This document shows positions 9,076 to 18,821 of a DNA stretch of 51,194 nucleotides, in pieces. The translations under genes and the position numbers were made by a program. This DNA comes from a virus. Lineage: Duplodnaviria > Caudoviricetes. The notes below the pieces were generated by a model. It was not told where the DNA came from, did not search any database, and saw only the letters and a list, made by a program, of their open reading frames with translations. Location of the stretch: IMG/VR virus record IMGVR_UViG_3300039210_000264, positions 1 through 51,194 of that record. The stretch is one strand, 5' to 3'. Numbering within the stretch: the stretch's first letter is position 1; the number at the start of each line of letters is the position of its first letter.

Positions 9076-12000
9076 GACCCCACCCCCGCCAGGCTCATCC
9101 CGCCGTTCTTGCGCCGCGCTCTACGGCCCAGCGACACCAGCAGAGCGTGCTCATCGGGCGTCGCATCTGCTTGCAAGCCGCCAATGAATATGGGGTTGTG
9201 CATCACAGTCGTACCCGTGCCCTCCCCGGAGCGCGACCCCATTGGCGGCAGTTGCATCCTCGATAGAGGTATGATCGCTTCCGGCTCTGTTTCTCCTACC
9301 CATGCCAGTGTTTTACTGGTGACTACGCCACCCGTTGCAAAACCGGGTATGTTGAGCGGGGGTGGTGGTGGTGCCCCTGGGGGCGGGGCGCCCGGCAACA
9401 AAGCCAATTCGGCTATGTAGTCCTTCACCGCTTGCGTCATAGCATCCCACGCGGTCACAACTACAGTCTTCAGCCCATCAGTAGCCTTACCAAAGTTGAC
9501 TATCCCGCTCGTCGCATCCCCGTTTATGTACCCTACAAGTCCCTGAGCCGAGGTGAGCGCAGTATCGAACCCCGACCCGATCGAGCCGCCGGTGTCGCCG
9601 CCTATGGATGTGGCAACGTCAAACCCCGACTTCACCGCCGAGAAGATAGCCGACACGGACGAGCCGAACTTGGCGGCCTCCGCCGCGAAACCCGCAGGCA
9701 TGCCCTTCATTACTATCCCGAACTGGGTGAGCATGGTATAGATGTTGGAGAACGCACCTTCGATGGCAGCGGGATCAACCTTTGCCGCATCCCCCACCTT
9801 GAGTAGCGGGTCTATAGCAGCACCGATCCCGCTCACGATTGCCCCTATATCGGATGCCAAGCTCACCATAATGGGTGACGCTTGCCCCTTGAAGTCAGCA
9901 GCGCGCGCCCCGAACTCGGTTATGAACGTAACCAGCGTATTGAAGAAGGCGTCTACTACCTCTTGCGGTGGCGATACGAACACGGCGAGGTGGATCAGCG
10001 GGTCTATCGCTGACAGGAGGCCCGTAACTAGCTTGCCTACGCCCTCGCCCACCAGCCCCGCGATATTGGCGGTCTCTGGTGTCCACTCGGTTAGAATGAC
10101 TTGCTTGAAAGCATCCACGATGCCCATGAGTGAATCGTGGAAAGCGGTTATGGCGTCCTGCCCGGGCGCCTTGAAGTTCATGAGGGCCGTCATGCCCGCT
10201 ACTGAGCCGAGCACGCCGGATGCGAACTTGCCTATGCCCGCCCCCACGTCACCCAATATGAGGGCAAGGGCGGGCGTCCACTCGGTTAGCACGGTGTTCT
10301 TGAACGCACCTACCAAATACAGCAGGCTATCCCTGAATGAGTTGATCGCGTCGTCTGCAGGCCTCTTAAAACCCACAAGCGAACTCAACCCCGCGATAGC
10401 ACTTCCAACCCCAGTAACGAACTTGCCCAACCCGTCACCAATCTTGCCTACCGCATCCGCTATTAGTGGCGTCCATTCAGTGAGCGCCCATTCTTTGAGG
10501 TTGCCTACAAGGTACTCAAGGCTGTCCGTGAAGGCGTTTATGGCATCATCGGCGGGCCTCTTGAACGTGACCAGATTACCCAGTATGACAATAGCCTGAC
10601 CAATACCGTTTACAAATGTGCCCACACTCGTGCCGAACGTGGCAAGCATCTCAAGCGTGCTCTTGCTCCACTTATCTATCACCCTACGCATCAGGTCGGT
10701 AAGGTAATCGAGCGCGTCCACGAAGGACTGCATCGCATTATCGGAAGGCTTCCTGAAGTCGCGCAGCTTGTCCATCGCGGCCACAGCCTTCACGACCATG
10801 TCCATCGCCTTGCCCGTCTGGTCCGCGAAGAAGCCCATGAGTGCGAGCGCGTCTATGGACCACTTACCCGCTATATCGCCCAACTTGTTAGTGACGTACT
10901 GCACGGCGTTCATGAACGCATCGACGCTGCCGGCAGCCGGCGCCGCGAAGTCCTTCAGTTTACCCAGCGCATCCACGCCCTTCGATACCAGGTCCATGCC
11001 TTTGATAGCGGTATCCGTAAAGAGGGTAGTATGAGCGAGGAAGTCAACTCCGAAGTTCTGAGCAACCGTGCCCAACTTCTGCATGACGGCCTGCACCCCA
11101 GTGCCAAACGCCTCAACGCCCGCCGTGAAACCACCGGGCAGTTTGAAGTCACCCAGTAAACCAATGGCCGCTATGCCCTTCGTCACGGCATCCGACGTCT
11201 TGTTTACAATATCTATGACTGCATTGGCTGCTTCCTGAGCCAGTTGAAGTGCAGACTTGGCGGCACTTGTACCACCACCCTTAGCCCCACCACCCTTAGC
11301 CCCACCGCCCCCGGCTTTCGCACCACTAGCCGCCGCCGTGCTAGTGGGGTGGGTAGTCGACCAAGCTAGGGGGTCCTTAGGGCCACCATACTGCTCAATG
11401 CTAGTGTTGCTCGAGTCTCTCTGCTGCGAGGTTGCCCAAACCTGGCCCAAAGTATCCGTGTATGTCACACCACGCTGCGACCCGTAGGGATCGGACATGC
11501 CTTCCCTGGCAGGCCCACCAGTCCAGGGCCCGGGGGATGTGGGGTGTTGCCTTGCGTATTCTGCTGCTTGCGCCTCAGTGGACATGTACCCGGTTACTAT
11601 CCCTGACGGCACGGACGTTCCTACCCAACTTTGGGAATTCTGCGCCTGGTTCTGCTCGTAGTTACCCGTTCCCGATCCACCGTACCCCGCAACATAAGCA
11701 GCAGCAGCCTGTATGTTGGGCGCAGCACCTTTCGCTTGCCCCGCTGCCCCTGACGCCATTGCTGATGCGAAGGCCACCCCACATTCGTACCCTATATCCA
11801 TAGCCGCTTGCACATGGTTTAGCCCATTCACTGCATGAGCACCCGCCGCGCTCACATTCAGCGCGTTATCTCTGATGCCGCCAGTTACGCCCCCCGGCCC
11901 CCCGGCCCACGCCGAACCTACTGTATGGCCGAGGGTGCCCGCCGGCCCCGTTATATTCATTGTGGTCTGGACACCGTTAACCTGATCCGTGATGTCGCCC

Positions 12001-13178
12001 TGCTCGTCGTATATCCCGTTGGCAAGGTTCACACCATACCCATCGCCCGTGTCCGTGCCCGTCTGCTGGATAACCGCGCCCGTATCGGAAAAGTTCGTCT
12101 GCATAGTGCCGAGCGCGTCGGAGGATGACGTGTTGGCAATGCCCATAGAGTCTGATACCTTCGTACCGAACCCGCCAAACAGACCACCAAGCCAGTCGAG
12201 TGCGCCGCCTACTGCGTTCACTACGAAGATGATCAAGTCAAATGCGGGCTTCAGCACCGTGAGAATGGCGCTGGCTACGTCTACAATGAGCGTAATCAGG
12301 GGCACTAACAGGGATATGAGGACATTCAGCAAAGGCGATAAGGCCGTCATGACCTTTGCCAAACCCTGCTCGAATGCATTGTGCAGCTTGTCCATCGCGC
12401 CCGCGGTCGAGTTGCCGTACTTCTCGGCCTGCCCTGCAAATGTGGACTGGATTTGGCCTAATGCCTCTGTGGCAGTTGATCCCTCTTTAACTACAATCCC
12501 GTACCGCTTGAGGATGGCGATGTTGCCGTCATGTACTTTGCCTACAAGGTTGACGGCTAAGGCCAGGTCGATGTTCTTGCCCCTGGCCAGGTCCATAGCT
12601 ATCGCGTTTAACTTCTCGGCCTCAGTGACGTTGTGCGTGGACAAGACAAGCCTGCCCAGGCTGTTCTCAACCTGTATATGGGAGAAGGCCAACTTGCCCT
12701 GTTCCGCTATATACGGCTCGATTGCTGCTACGCCACCGGTCCATCCCTTAGCAACATTATTGACAGTTACGGTCAGTCGGTCCGTGGCGGATTGCTCCTC
12801 TGCCGCCGCCTTGACCCCATCCATCATTACCTTGACAAGTTCCCCGCCGATCATGGCTGCGCCGCCGAACGCTACGCCCATCATCCCGATCTTGCCAACA
12901 CCCTCACTTATCCCTGAGAATAGGCCCGCACTCTTTTCTTTCGATACCGTTGCTTCATTACCGAATTGTTGAACCGACGTAGTGGCTTTTGTCGTGGCCG
13001 CCTGGACAGCGCCCATCGAGGCCGCGCCCTTCTCCCCGGCCTGCTGTAGGACGGTGCCTGAGCGCGCGCCTTCCGTGCTCAGCACCCCCAGCTTTTGGGC
13101 AGACGCTGCTATGGCCGCGTCATGCTGGCTCGTGTTGGCCGTAAGGATCGTCTGCAGACTCGCCACAGTCACGGACAC
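9072..13178 (-). CDS. Tape measure protein
   Basis: 1368 aa, Ala/Gly-rich and helical; follows the tail chaperones; C-terminal PGFATGGVV...VGETEPEAIIPL motif. Confidence 0.93.
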   Translation of the reverse strand: MSVTVASLQTILTANTSQHDAAIAASAQKLGVLSTEGARSGTVLQQAGEKGAASMGAVQAATTKATTSVQQFGNEATVSKEKSAGLFSGISEGVGKIGMMGVAFGGAAMIGGELVKVMMDGVKAAAEEQSATDRLTVTVNNVAKGWTGGVAAIEPYIAEQGKLAFSHIQVENSLGRLVLSTHNVTEAEKLNAIAMDLARGKNIDLALAVNLVGKVHDGNIAILKRYGIVVKEGSTATEALGQIQSTFAGQAEKYGNSTAGAMDKLHNAFEQGLAKVMTALSPLLNVLISLLVPLITLIVDVASAILTVLKPAFDLIIFVVNAVGGALDWLGGLFGGFGTKVSDSMGIANTSSSDALGTMQTNFSDTGAVIQQTGTDTGDGYGVNLANGIYDEQGDITDQVNGVQTTMNITGPAGTLGHTVGSAWAGGPGGVTGGIRDNALNVSAAGAHAVNGLNHVQAAMDIGYECGVAFASAMASGAAGQAKGAAPNIQAAAAYVAGYGGSGTGNYEQNQAQNSQSWVGTSVPSGIVTGYMSTEAQAAEYARQHPTSPGPWTGGPAREGMSDPYGSQRGVTYTDTLGQVWATSQQRDSSNTSIEQYGGPKDPLAWSTTHPTSTAAASGAKAGGGGAKGGGAKGGGTSAAKSALQLAQEAANAVIDIVNKTSDAVTKGIAAIGLLGDFKLPGGFTAGVEAFGTGVQAVMQKLGTVAQNFGVDFLAHTTLFTDTAIKGMDLVSKGVDALGKLKDFAAPAAGSVDAFMNAVQYVTNKLGDIAGKWSIDALALMGFFADQTGKAMDMVVKAVAAMDKLRDFRKPSDNAMQSFVDALDYLTDLMRRVIDKWSKSTLEMLATFGTSVGTFVNGIGQAIVILGNLVTFKRPADDAINAFTDSLEYLVGNLKEWALTEWTPLIADAVGKIGDGLGKFVTGVGSAIAGLSSLVGFKRPADDAINSFRDSLLYLVGAFKNTVLTEWTPALALILGDVGAGIGKFASGVLGSVAGMTALMNFKAPGQDAITAFHDSLMGIVDAFKQVILTEWTPETANIAGLVGEGVGKLVTGLLSAIDPLIHLAVFVSPPQEVVDAFFNTLVTFITEFGARAADFKGQASPIMVSLASDIGAIVSGIGAAIDPLLKVGDAAKVDPAAIEGAFSNIYTMLTQFGIVMKGMPAGFAAEAAKFGSSVSAIFSAVKSGFDVATSIGGDTGGSIGSGFDTALTSAQGLVGYINGDATSGIVNFGKATDGLKTVVVTAWDAMTQAVKDYIAELALLPGAPPPGAPPPPPLNIPGFATGGVVTSKTLAWVGETEPEAIIPLSRMQLPPMGSRSGEGTGTTVMHNPIFIGGLQADATPDEHALLVSLGRRARRKNGGMSLAGVGS

Positions 13179-13246
13179 GTTTGCACCTCGTTTACTTGAC
13201 GAAGGGCGTCCTTTTGGTTATGTAAAGGACGCCCCACGCTGGTCTG

Positions 13247-13495
13247 TCACCTGTTCCTCTGTTCAGCGAACCGGATCAACTCTTGCGCCTCCGCCTCTGC
13301 GCTAAGCGTTGCAAGCGCCCGTGTGACCCAGAACTGATAATCGAGATCGGGCAACGCCAAAAGCTCTACTACGCTCAGGCCAAGTACGGGCCCTACTTTG
13401 ATGTGAATGTACCAGTCGGGCTGGGCGATTTCTGACTCGGGTAGCTCGCCAAAGTAATGCGCCCCCAACAACGCGGCGAGCAGCCCCGCTACCTC
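13247..13495 (-). CDS. Tail assembly chaperone, -1 frameshift extension (gpGT-like)
   Basis: The -1 frame is open from the slippery site: KKEVAGLLAALLGAHYFGELP...; lies between chaperone and TMP. Confidence 0.8.
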   Translation of the reverse strand, partial: EVAGLLAALLGAHYFGELPESEIAQPDWYIHIKVGPVLGLSVVELLALPDLDYQFWVTRALATLSAEAEAQELIRFAEQRNR

Positions 13496-13857
13496 TTTTT
13501 TGAGGGCGCTACTGACCCCCTATCCTTCCCTATCGCGGTCAGGACATCCGTCAGGATGCTGGCCGGCACCTGCGTGCGTATGCTTTCCGGGTCCAACTCT
13601 ATCGGCTGGTTGTCCTCATCCAGCAGATCCCAACTCGCGAGGATGGCCGCCATGAACTCGGCGTTCGCCTTGCCGATGGCGTCGATGTCCTGGCTGTTGA
13701 TCGCGGCCTGCTTCTCGGCGTCCTTCTCCAGGTTCCAGTCGGGCGAGAGGAAGTATTCCGCGTTGAGCTTGCCCCAGAGGTCTTTCGAGGCCCCCAGGGA
13801 GCGGTACACGTCCACCGTGCGCGTTCGGTTTGTAAGGTCTTTTAGGGAAATCGGCAT
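13489..13857 (-). CDS. Tail assembly chaperone (gpG-like)
   Basis: Follows the tail tube gene; ILASWDLLDEDNQPIEL motif; ends on a slippery site. Confidence 0.85.
   Translation of the reverse strand: MPISLKDLTNRTRTVDVYRSLGASKDLWGKLNAEYFLSPDWNLEKDAEKQAAINSQDIDAIGKANAEFMAAILASWDLLDEDNQPIELDPESIRTQVPASILTDVLTAIGKDRGSVAPSKKR
13495..13501 (-). other. Programmed -1 ribosomal frameshift heptamer A AAA AAG
   Basis: Minus strand CCC TCA AAA AAG AGG TAG; a -1 shift enters the 13247 ORF. Confidence 0.88.
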
Positions 13858-13872
13858 TTGTCTCTCCTCCGT

Positions 13873-13922
13873 GAATGAATTAGTTGATGTTTACTCGGAA
13901 TGAATTAGTTGATGTTTACTCG
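13873..13922. repeat. Intergenic 25-bp perfect tandem duplication
   Basis: gaatgaattagttgatgtttactcg x2 plus a partial third copy. Confidence 0.95.
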
Positions 13923-13929
13923 GCATGAA

Positions 13930-13998
13930 GCCGGAGCAGGGGCGGGGTGGAGGAAAGACATAAACCTGTTCCCTACCCCTACCCCGGCGCTCCCTGGC
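13930..13998 (-). promoter_or_regulatory. Long G/C-run stem-loop between tail tube and chaperone genes
   Basis: Minus strand gccagggagcgccggggtaggggtagggaa...ttcctccaccccgcccctgctccggc; no U-tract. Confidence 0.55.
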
Positions 13999-14008
13999 TT
14001 TGTTAGGC

Positions 14009-15019
14009 TTAGGCGGTCTCGCAGATCGTCTGGAACTGGCCGGCAGCCTGCGCGACCTCGTCGATGAACAATCCGCACTCCCACTGCAAACCCACGAACT
14101 TGGCCTTGTCGATCTGGTTCATGTTGGGCACGTTCCGAGCACGAAGTACCAGGTCTACGATGAAGGTCTGTACGATGCCCGTCTCCAGCGTGACGCCCGT
14201 GGCCTTGAGCCGCAGGTACACGGGTGTACCGTTGCGCTTTGCCGACAGATTGAGCAGCCCCACGAAGTCCGTACCGGCTACGTCGAACGGCAGCGTCAAC
14301 AGCACCTTCGTGGCGGGCACTATACTGCCCAGCGAGTCCCAGGTGGGGGAGGCCGAGCCGATGAACGCTGCCTCGCCGAACGCAGGCCCGTATGTGTAGT
14401 CCAACCTGAATGCAGTGCTGATCAGCGTCGGCGCGGTCGACAGGAGGGCGTACGTGGTCGCGGAATAGAGATCGAACTGCATGTTCGAGATCGGGCTGGA
14501 CTTCAGGACGGTGGGCGACGGCGCCGTGAATGCGACGGCGGGCGTGACGAGCTGGCCGAACACATTCCCATCCATCATCGGCTTGTCGCGCTTCGAGATC
14601 ACGAAGTGGTGCGTGTTGAACACCACGTTCGCGTACTTGTTCACAGCGCCCGTGATACCGCGCTCCACCGAGTACGAGCGGTACACGATGGGCGTCTGGA
14701 TCGCGATGGGATAGGTGCGCGTCTGGGCTATGGTGAGCGGGCCAGGCACGGGCGTGGCTATTCCGTAGATCGAGTCGAGCATGAAGAAGCTCTCGTCGAA
14801 GGTTGGAGGGGCGTCCCACTTGCCATCCGACCATTCGAGGTTGTTCGTGTTGCTACTCGGTATGAGGTGGCCGTCTGCCATGTACTCCTCGTTAGGAGCG
14901 CCTGCGGGCATGATCAGGATTTTGGTGTTGGGTAACTGCTTGTTGGCAGTTACCGGCGTACCGTGTGTGGTCTCGCCCGCTAAATGTGTGACTTGTAGGT
15001 CGTCGGATCGCAACGTCAT
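14009..15019 (-). CDS. Major tail (tube) protein
   Basis: 336 aa; N-terminal AGETTHGTPV motif and SYSVERG; position between tail terminator and chaperone. Confidence 0.85.
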   Translation of the reverse strand: MTLRSDDLQVTHLAGETTHGTPVTANKQLPNTKILIMPAGAPNEEYMADGHLIPSSNTNNLEWSDGKWDAPPTFDESFFMLDSIYGIATPVPGPLTIAQTRTYPIAIQTPIVYRSYSVERGITGAVNKYANVVFNTHHFVISKRDKPMMDGNVFGQLVTPAVAFTAPSPTVLKSSPISNMQFDLYSATTYALLSTAPTLISTAFRLDYTYGPAFGEAAFIGSASPTWDSLGSIVPATKVLLTLPFDVAGTDFVGLLNLSAKRNGTPVYLRLKATGVTLETGIVQTFIVDLVLRARNVPNMNQIDKAKFVGLQWECGLFIDEVAQAAGQFQTICETA

Positions 15020-15118
15020 TTGTTTGTCCCTCCGTTTATCTTCTTCTTCTTCTTCTTCGTTGTTTCGCTACCAGCGTCTCAGTTCAGTTCAGTTCAGTGA
15101 CTGCCTATTTCTCGGCCT

Positions 15119-15400
15119 CTACTCTATGTTTGCCGGTGCCGGTTCGTCCCCCGCTCCCGCTTCCTCTTTCGCCTCTGTTTCTGTTTCTGTTGGTGCACCG
15201 TCCGGGTGCTTGACCCAGCCCGCCTTGATCTCCGCTGCGGTCGCCTTGCGGATCGAGCCTTCAGCGACCATCGCCGAAGCGTCCGACCCCAGCGCGCTCT
15301 CGCTTACTACGTCGCCCCGCGTCAGGTTGCCGACGAAGGGGAACAGCACCACGTACTGCTTCTCCTGCACAACCTGCTCTTCTTTCTTCTTGCTTGCCAT
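15119..15400 (-). CDS. Small virion-associated hypothetical protein
   Basis: GGAGG RBS; RGDVV...MVAEGSIR pattern seen in small head/tail accessory proteins. Confidence 0.7.
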   Translation of the reverse strand: MASKKKEEQVVQEKQYVVLFPFVGNLTRGDVVSESALGSDASAMVAEGSIRKATAAEIKAGWVKHPDGAPTETETEAKEEAGAGDEPAPANIE

Positions 15401-15427
15401 GTGACGCCTCCTACTACGCGATTGCGG

Positions 15428-15862
15428 CTAGGCCGCCTTTGCAACTACGTTCCACAGGATGTCCCAGCCGATATAGCTCACATCCCCTTCCTGCATATCG
15501 CGGGGTATGTCCTGCCCTCTAATGCAGCTGTACAACATCCCGCCGTCATAGCTCTCCAATACCGCGCCATCCAGCAGCACGTCTATCCTGGCCGCCACCT
15601 GCTCCACCAGGTCGTTACTGTTCTGGTGCCAGATCGACGTTCGCAGCACGAGAGCAGTCGCCGTGTGAGTGTTCGGCCCGGTCTTGATCGCGCCTTCTCT
15701 CTCCGATGTGCTCACCACCTCCACCACTACCACTGCCCCCGTCGTCCCACGGAGGGCCACCCGCCTGAAGACATTAGCGCCCCCCAGCAGCGTTACCAGG
15801 GTTGCGTCTCCTATGAGCTTAGTCCAGGCCCACCGCGCTGCATAGTTAGAGTCGAGAGCCAT
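15428..15862 (-). CDS. Tail terminator/completion protein (DUF3168-like)
   Basis: LIGDATLVTLLGGANVF...VAARIDVLLDG pattern; synteny. Confidence 0.8.
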   Translation of the reverse strand: MALDSNYAARWAWTKLIGDATLVTLLGGANVFRRVALRGTTGAVVVVEVVSTSEREGAIKTGPNTHTATALVLRTSIWHQNSNDLVEQVAARIDVLLDGAVLESYDGGMLYSCIRGQDIPRDMQEGDVSYIGWDILWNVVAKAA

Positions 15863-16212
15863 CAGAACCCTTGTGCTATTGTGCGCTGTATCGCGTGCTC
15901 AACGACCTCCGCCACTTGCGCCTCGGTCGCAAAGTGGTCAAATGCGGGAGTTAACGCTGGATGTCCTGGGCGATACATATTGCCCAATTCTTCATCCACT
16001 GCATAATCCACCCCGTAGCCCACGATTAGCTCGCCCTCCGCGCTGACTGCTATGAACAGAGAGCGTCGCATGTCCCCCGTGACGACGTGTGTGGCGGCGT
16101 ACGCCTGGTCGTAGATCAGCCCGCCCAGGTCTTCGAGGCCCACGTTGACCTCGCGCTGCAATCCGGCGTAGAGGCCCGTGAGGTGATTTTCTTTTGTGAT
16201 GACCTCTAACAT
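15862..16212 (-). CDS. HK97 gp10-like neck/tail completion protein
   Basis: HVVTGDMRRSL...YAVDEELG...HPALTPAF motif. Confidence 0.85.
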   Translation of the reverse strand: MLEVITKENHLTGLYAGLQREVNVGLEDLGGLIYDQAYAATHVVTGDMRRSLFIAVSAEGELIVGYGVDYAVDEELGNMYRPGHPALTPAFDHFATEAQVAEVVEHAIQRTIAQGF

Positions 16213-16258
16213 TTATTTCGACGCTCCTGTTCCCTACCTTCCCATTCCTCTTCTCAGC

Positions 16259-16639
16259 CTAAGATAGCAACAACTTGGTGAGCACTTGCCGGGAGAACTC
16301 CCGTGAGCGCCTGATGACGTGCAAGACCTCTAGCTCAAAACTCTCTGCCGTTTCGAGGTTCGTGACGACAACCACGTCTGTGCCCCTTACGTCCGTGTTG
16401 GCCCCAAATGTAACGGTGCTCTCCGCATCCTCGGCCAGTTGCTGCGCCCGTATTAGCTCCCTGCCCGTCAATGTGGCGTAGCGGCATGGCACGTCACTCG
16501 TTCGCACGGTCTGCGTCTCCGTGTATCCATTGGCCGTGTTGACGCGCGTGACCGTCTTGATGACCGCACTGTCCGGCAGGCCCCCGTCCATCTCCGCCCT
16601 GATGCTCGCGAGATCGGCGGTCGAGGCGTAGCCGCTCAT
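16259..16639 (-). CDS. Head closure/stopper protein (SPP1 gp16-like)
   Basis: NGYTET...VPCR...GRELIRAQQ...TDVRGTDVV pattern; synteny. Confidence 0.75.
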   Translation of the reverse strand: MSGYASTADLASIRAEMDGGLPDSAVIKTVTRVNTANGYTETQTVRTSDVPCRYATLTGRELIRAQQLAEDAESTVTFGANTDVRGTDVVVVTNLETAESFELEVLHVIRRSREFSRQVLTKLLLS

Positions 16640-17070
16640 GGCCGTCCCCTGAACTGGCGCCGCTGGAGAGCTATCGGGTCGCCCGTGTAGAACGTGTCAT
16701 TCGGGTCGGCAAACCAGCCATCCGGCGTCTCGAGAGGGAAGTTGGCCTCCATCTGCCCCACCGCGGGCTCGTTGCCCGGCGCCGAGGCTATGGCCAGCGC
16801 GAGCTCTTCCTGCGTGCTTTGCAGCATCGCCACCAGGTTGTCGAACTTCTGGTGCAGGTCGAGCCGCTGCCCATCCTCCGCCACGTTGAAGGCACCACGC
16901 AGCCGCCCCATGAGAGCCTTGATAGCGTCTATCTTGACGTAGACGTATTGCAGGACCGCGGGCTTATCGTCGTGCTTGGTCCATAGAAGCTGGATTATCG
17001 CGCCGACCGTGCCGTCATCGCCGACCTCGGCGAGAAGCAGCGTCTGGTATTGTGCGGGGGATAGGGGCAT
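16636..17070 (-). CDS. Head-tail adaptor
   Basis: LLAEVGD N-terminus; helical; position after the capsid gene. Confidence 0.65.
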   Translation of the reverse strand: MPLSPAQYQTLLLAEVGDDGTVGAIIQLLWTKHDDKPAVLQYVYVKIDAIKALMGRLRGAFNVAEDGQRLDLHQKFDNLVAMLQSTQEELALAIASAPGNEPAVGQMEANFPLETPDGWFADPNDTFYTGDPIALQRRQFRGRP

Positions 17071-17087
17071 AGGCTTTGCTTTGGGGC

Positions 17088-17477
17088 TTACTTCTTGTCG
17101 TTAGGATCGACCGGAGGCACAAGGGTTACGGTTGCGGGAGGCGTTATGAGTGGGGTGAGGGGAGGCGTTGTACCGCCCGTCGTAGGAGGCACGCCCTTAT
17201 TGCCCTTGTCTGTGCCCTTGCCTGTGCCCTTGCCTGTGCCCTTGCCTGTGCCCTTCTCGGCGGTCAGCCTGGCCAGGTCGGCCTGCAACTGGTCGATCTT
17301 GGCCTGGAGGTCACTCGCCACAGCCGCTTCGGCCTCCGGGTCGCCGTCGGCGAGATCGGCTGCGGTGGGCAGGAACTCTGGGCGGGTGATAACGACGCCG
17401 TTGTGGATCACGCCCTCTCCTCGAGCGAGGATCTCTTCCATCTGGCCGCGGGTCAGTTTGTGCGGATTTACTGCCAT
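17088..17477 (-). CDS. Hypothetical protein with coiled coil and GKGT repeats
   Basis: AGGAG RBS; 12-bp tandem repeats at ~17210-17255 encode (KGTG)n. Confidence 0.75.
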   Translation of the reverse strand: MAVNPHKLTRGQMEEILARGEGVIHNGVVITRPEFLPTAADLADGDPEAEAAVASDLQAKIDQLQADLARLTAEKGTGKGTGKGTGKGTDKGNKGVPPTTGGTTPPLTPLITPPATVTLVPPVDPNDKK

Positions 17478-17498
17478 TGCTTTCTTGCTCCTATTCTG

Positions 17499-17540
17499 AA
17501 AAAAGAGAGCCGCCTGTTCATCGTAGAGACGGCTCTCTTT
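17499..17540 (-). terminator. Intrinsic terminator after the major capsid gene
   Basis: Minus strand aaagagagccgtct-loop-aggcggctctctttttt. Confidence 0.8.
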
Positions 17541-17583
17541 GCTATGCGCTCATTCGCCGGTGCCCGGCACTCTCCTAACCTAA

Positions 17584-18717
17584 TTAGAAGGGCGCGCTGG
17601 GTGCGATGGTGTCAGGGACGTAGCCTACGCGCAAGCAGGCGTTGGCCTGCAAGAGGTGCTTGCGGGGGAACCCACGCTGCACGCCCCAGTAGGTGATGTT
17701 CGGGGGGTTCCAGTTCTCAGGCGCGGTCGCGTAAGCGATAGGTCCGAGAGAAGGCCCGCCCGCTATGGGCTCTCCCATCAGGGCGGCTACAACGGTCTCC
17801 GATACAACGCCGTTGGCGAAGTCCCAGATCGAGGTGTCGCCGTCGAAGGCCGAAACGCTCAGGCTCACCGCGTTGAGATCCCAGAAGGGGAGCAGCGTGG
17901 AGTTGCCGGCGGCATCCTGCGTCTGGTAGCGCGCATCGTTGAACTCGATGGTCATGCCCAGGATGTTCGAGGCGAGCGCCTTCTGCTGGTCGAGGTTGGC
18001 CAGCGCGAGGTTCACAAAGCTCACGTTGGGAGCCAGGAAGGTGCGTGCCTTAGCCTGGAACTCTAGCGTGTTTATAGCCAGGCGGAAGGCCGCGGTCGAC
18101 ATCGTCACGCGGTCGTACACAACGCCGTAGCGTATGCGACCCACGAGCTGCACGCCCAGGATGTCGTTGATGGGGGTGGCGTTCGTCGCATCGGTCCAGG
18201 CAACAGCAGTTGTCACCTTGAGGTCAGCGGGCATGCCCCACGTGGCGCCGGTGAGCTTGATGCCCAGCCGGTTATAGTTCATTGAGTCCATCATCATGCC
18301 GGCGATGAGGGCCTCTTTCCGGTATGCGACGCCCGTGCGCACGTTGGCGAGCAGCCGGGTCTCAGCGTTCTGGAACAGGCCCAGCTTGTCGTTGGTGATG
18401 CCGCCGTTCTGCTTGATAGCGAGCCACTGGTTGATCTGGCTCTGGAGCATCGCCTGGCCGACTTTGAGGTTCGGGATGTTCGTTTCCTCGAACTGGAACT
18501 TGCCGGACGAATAGACGGCGGCCTTCTGGTCGTCCGCCACCAGGTCGGCTATCTGTATGTAGCCGATGAAGCGTGCCATAATATCGCCGTCCTCGGCGGG
18601 CGACTCTTTCACGCGCTCCGAGAATAGGAGACGCTGGGGCAGCGTCCGGGGGTCGAGTAGGCCCTGAAACACACCGTTGATACGTGTGTTCTCTAAAACT
18701 GTCATGCCTGCTACCAT
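17584..18717 (-). CDS. Major capsid protein (lambda gpE-like)
   Basis: 377 aa; WTDATNATPINDI, VTMSTAAF motifs; follows decoration and protease genes. Confidence 0.9.
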   Translation of the reverse strand: MVAGMTVLENTRINGVFQGLLDPRTLPQRLLFSERVKESPAEDGDIMARFIGYIQIADLVADDQKAAVYSSGKFQFEETNIPNLKVGQAMLQSQINQWLAIKQNGGITNDKLGLFQNAETRLLANVRTGVAYRKEALIAGMMMDSMNYNRLGIKLTGATWGMPADLKVTTAVAWTDATNATPINDILGVQLVGRIRYGVVYDRVTMSTAAFRLAINTLEFQAKARTFLAPNVSFVNLALANLDQQKALASNILGMTIEFNDARYQTQDAAGNSTLLPFWDLNAVSLSVSAFDGDTSIWDFANGVVSETVVAALMGEPIAGGPSLGPIAYATAPENWNPPNITYWGVQRGFPRKHLLQANACLRVGYVPDTIAPSAPF

Positions 18718-18764
18718 GATCGTGATCTCCTTCCGGTTGCTGCCCGGTATTGTGTGCTGGTTGT

Positions 18765-18806
18765 GGGCGCTGCGCTCGCCGCTTATTCGTTTAGAGCGCA
18801 GCGCCC
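18765..18806. promoter_or_regulatory. Perfect 13-bp inverted repeat upstream of the capsid gene (mRNA stem-loop)
   Basis: gggcgctgcgctc-N16-gagcgcagcgccc. Confidence 0.7.
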
Positions 18807-18821
18807 GCCGCTAGTTGAGAG

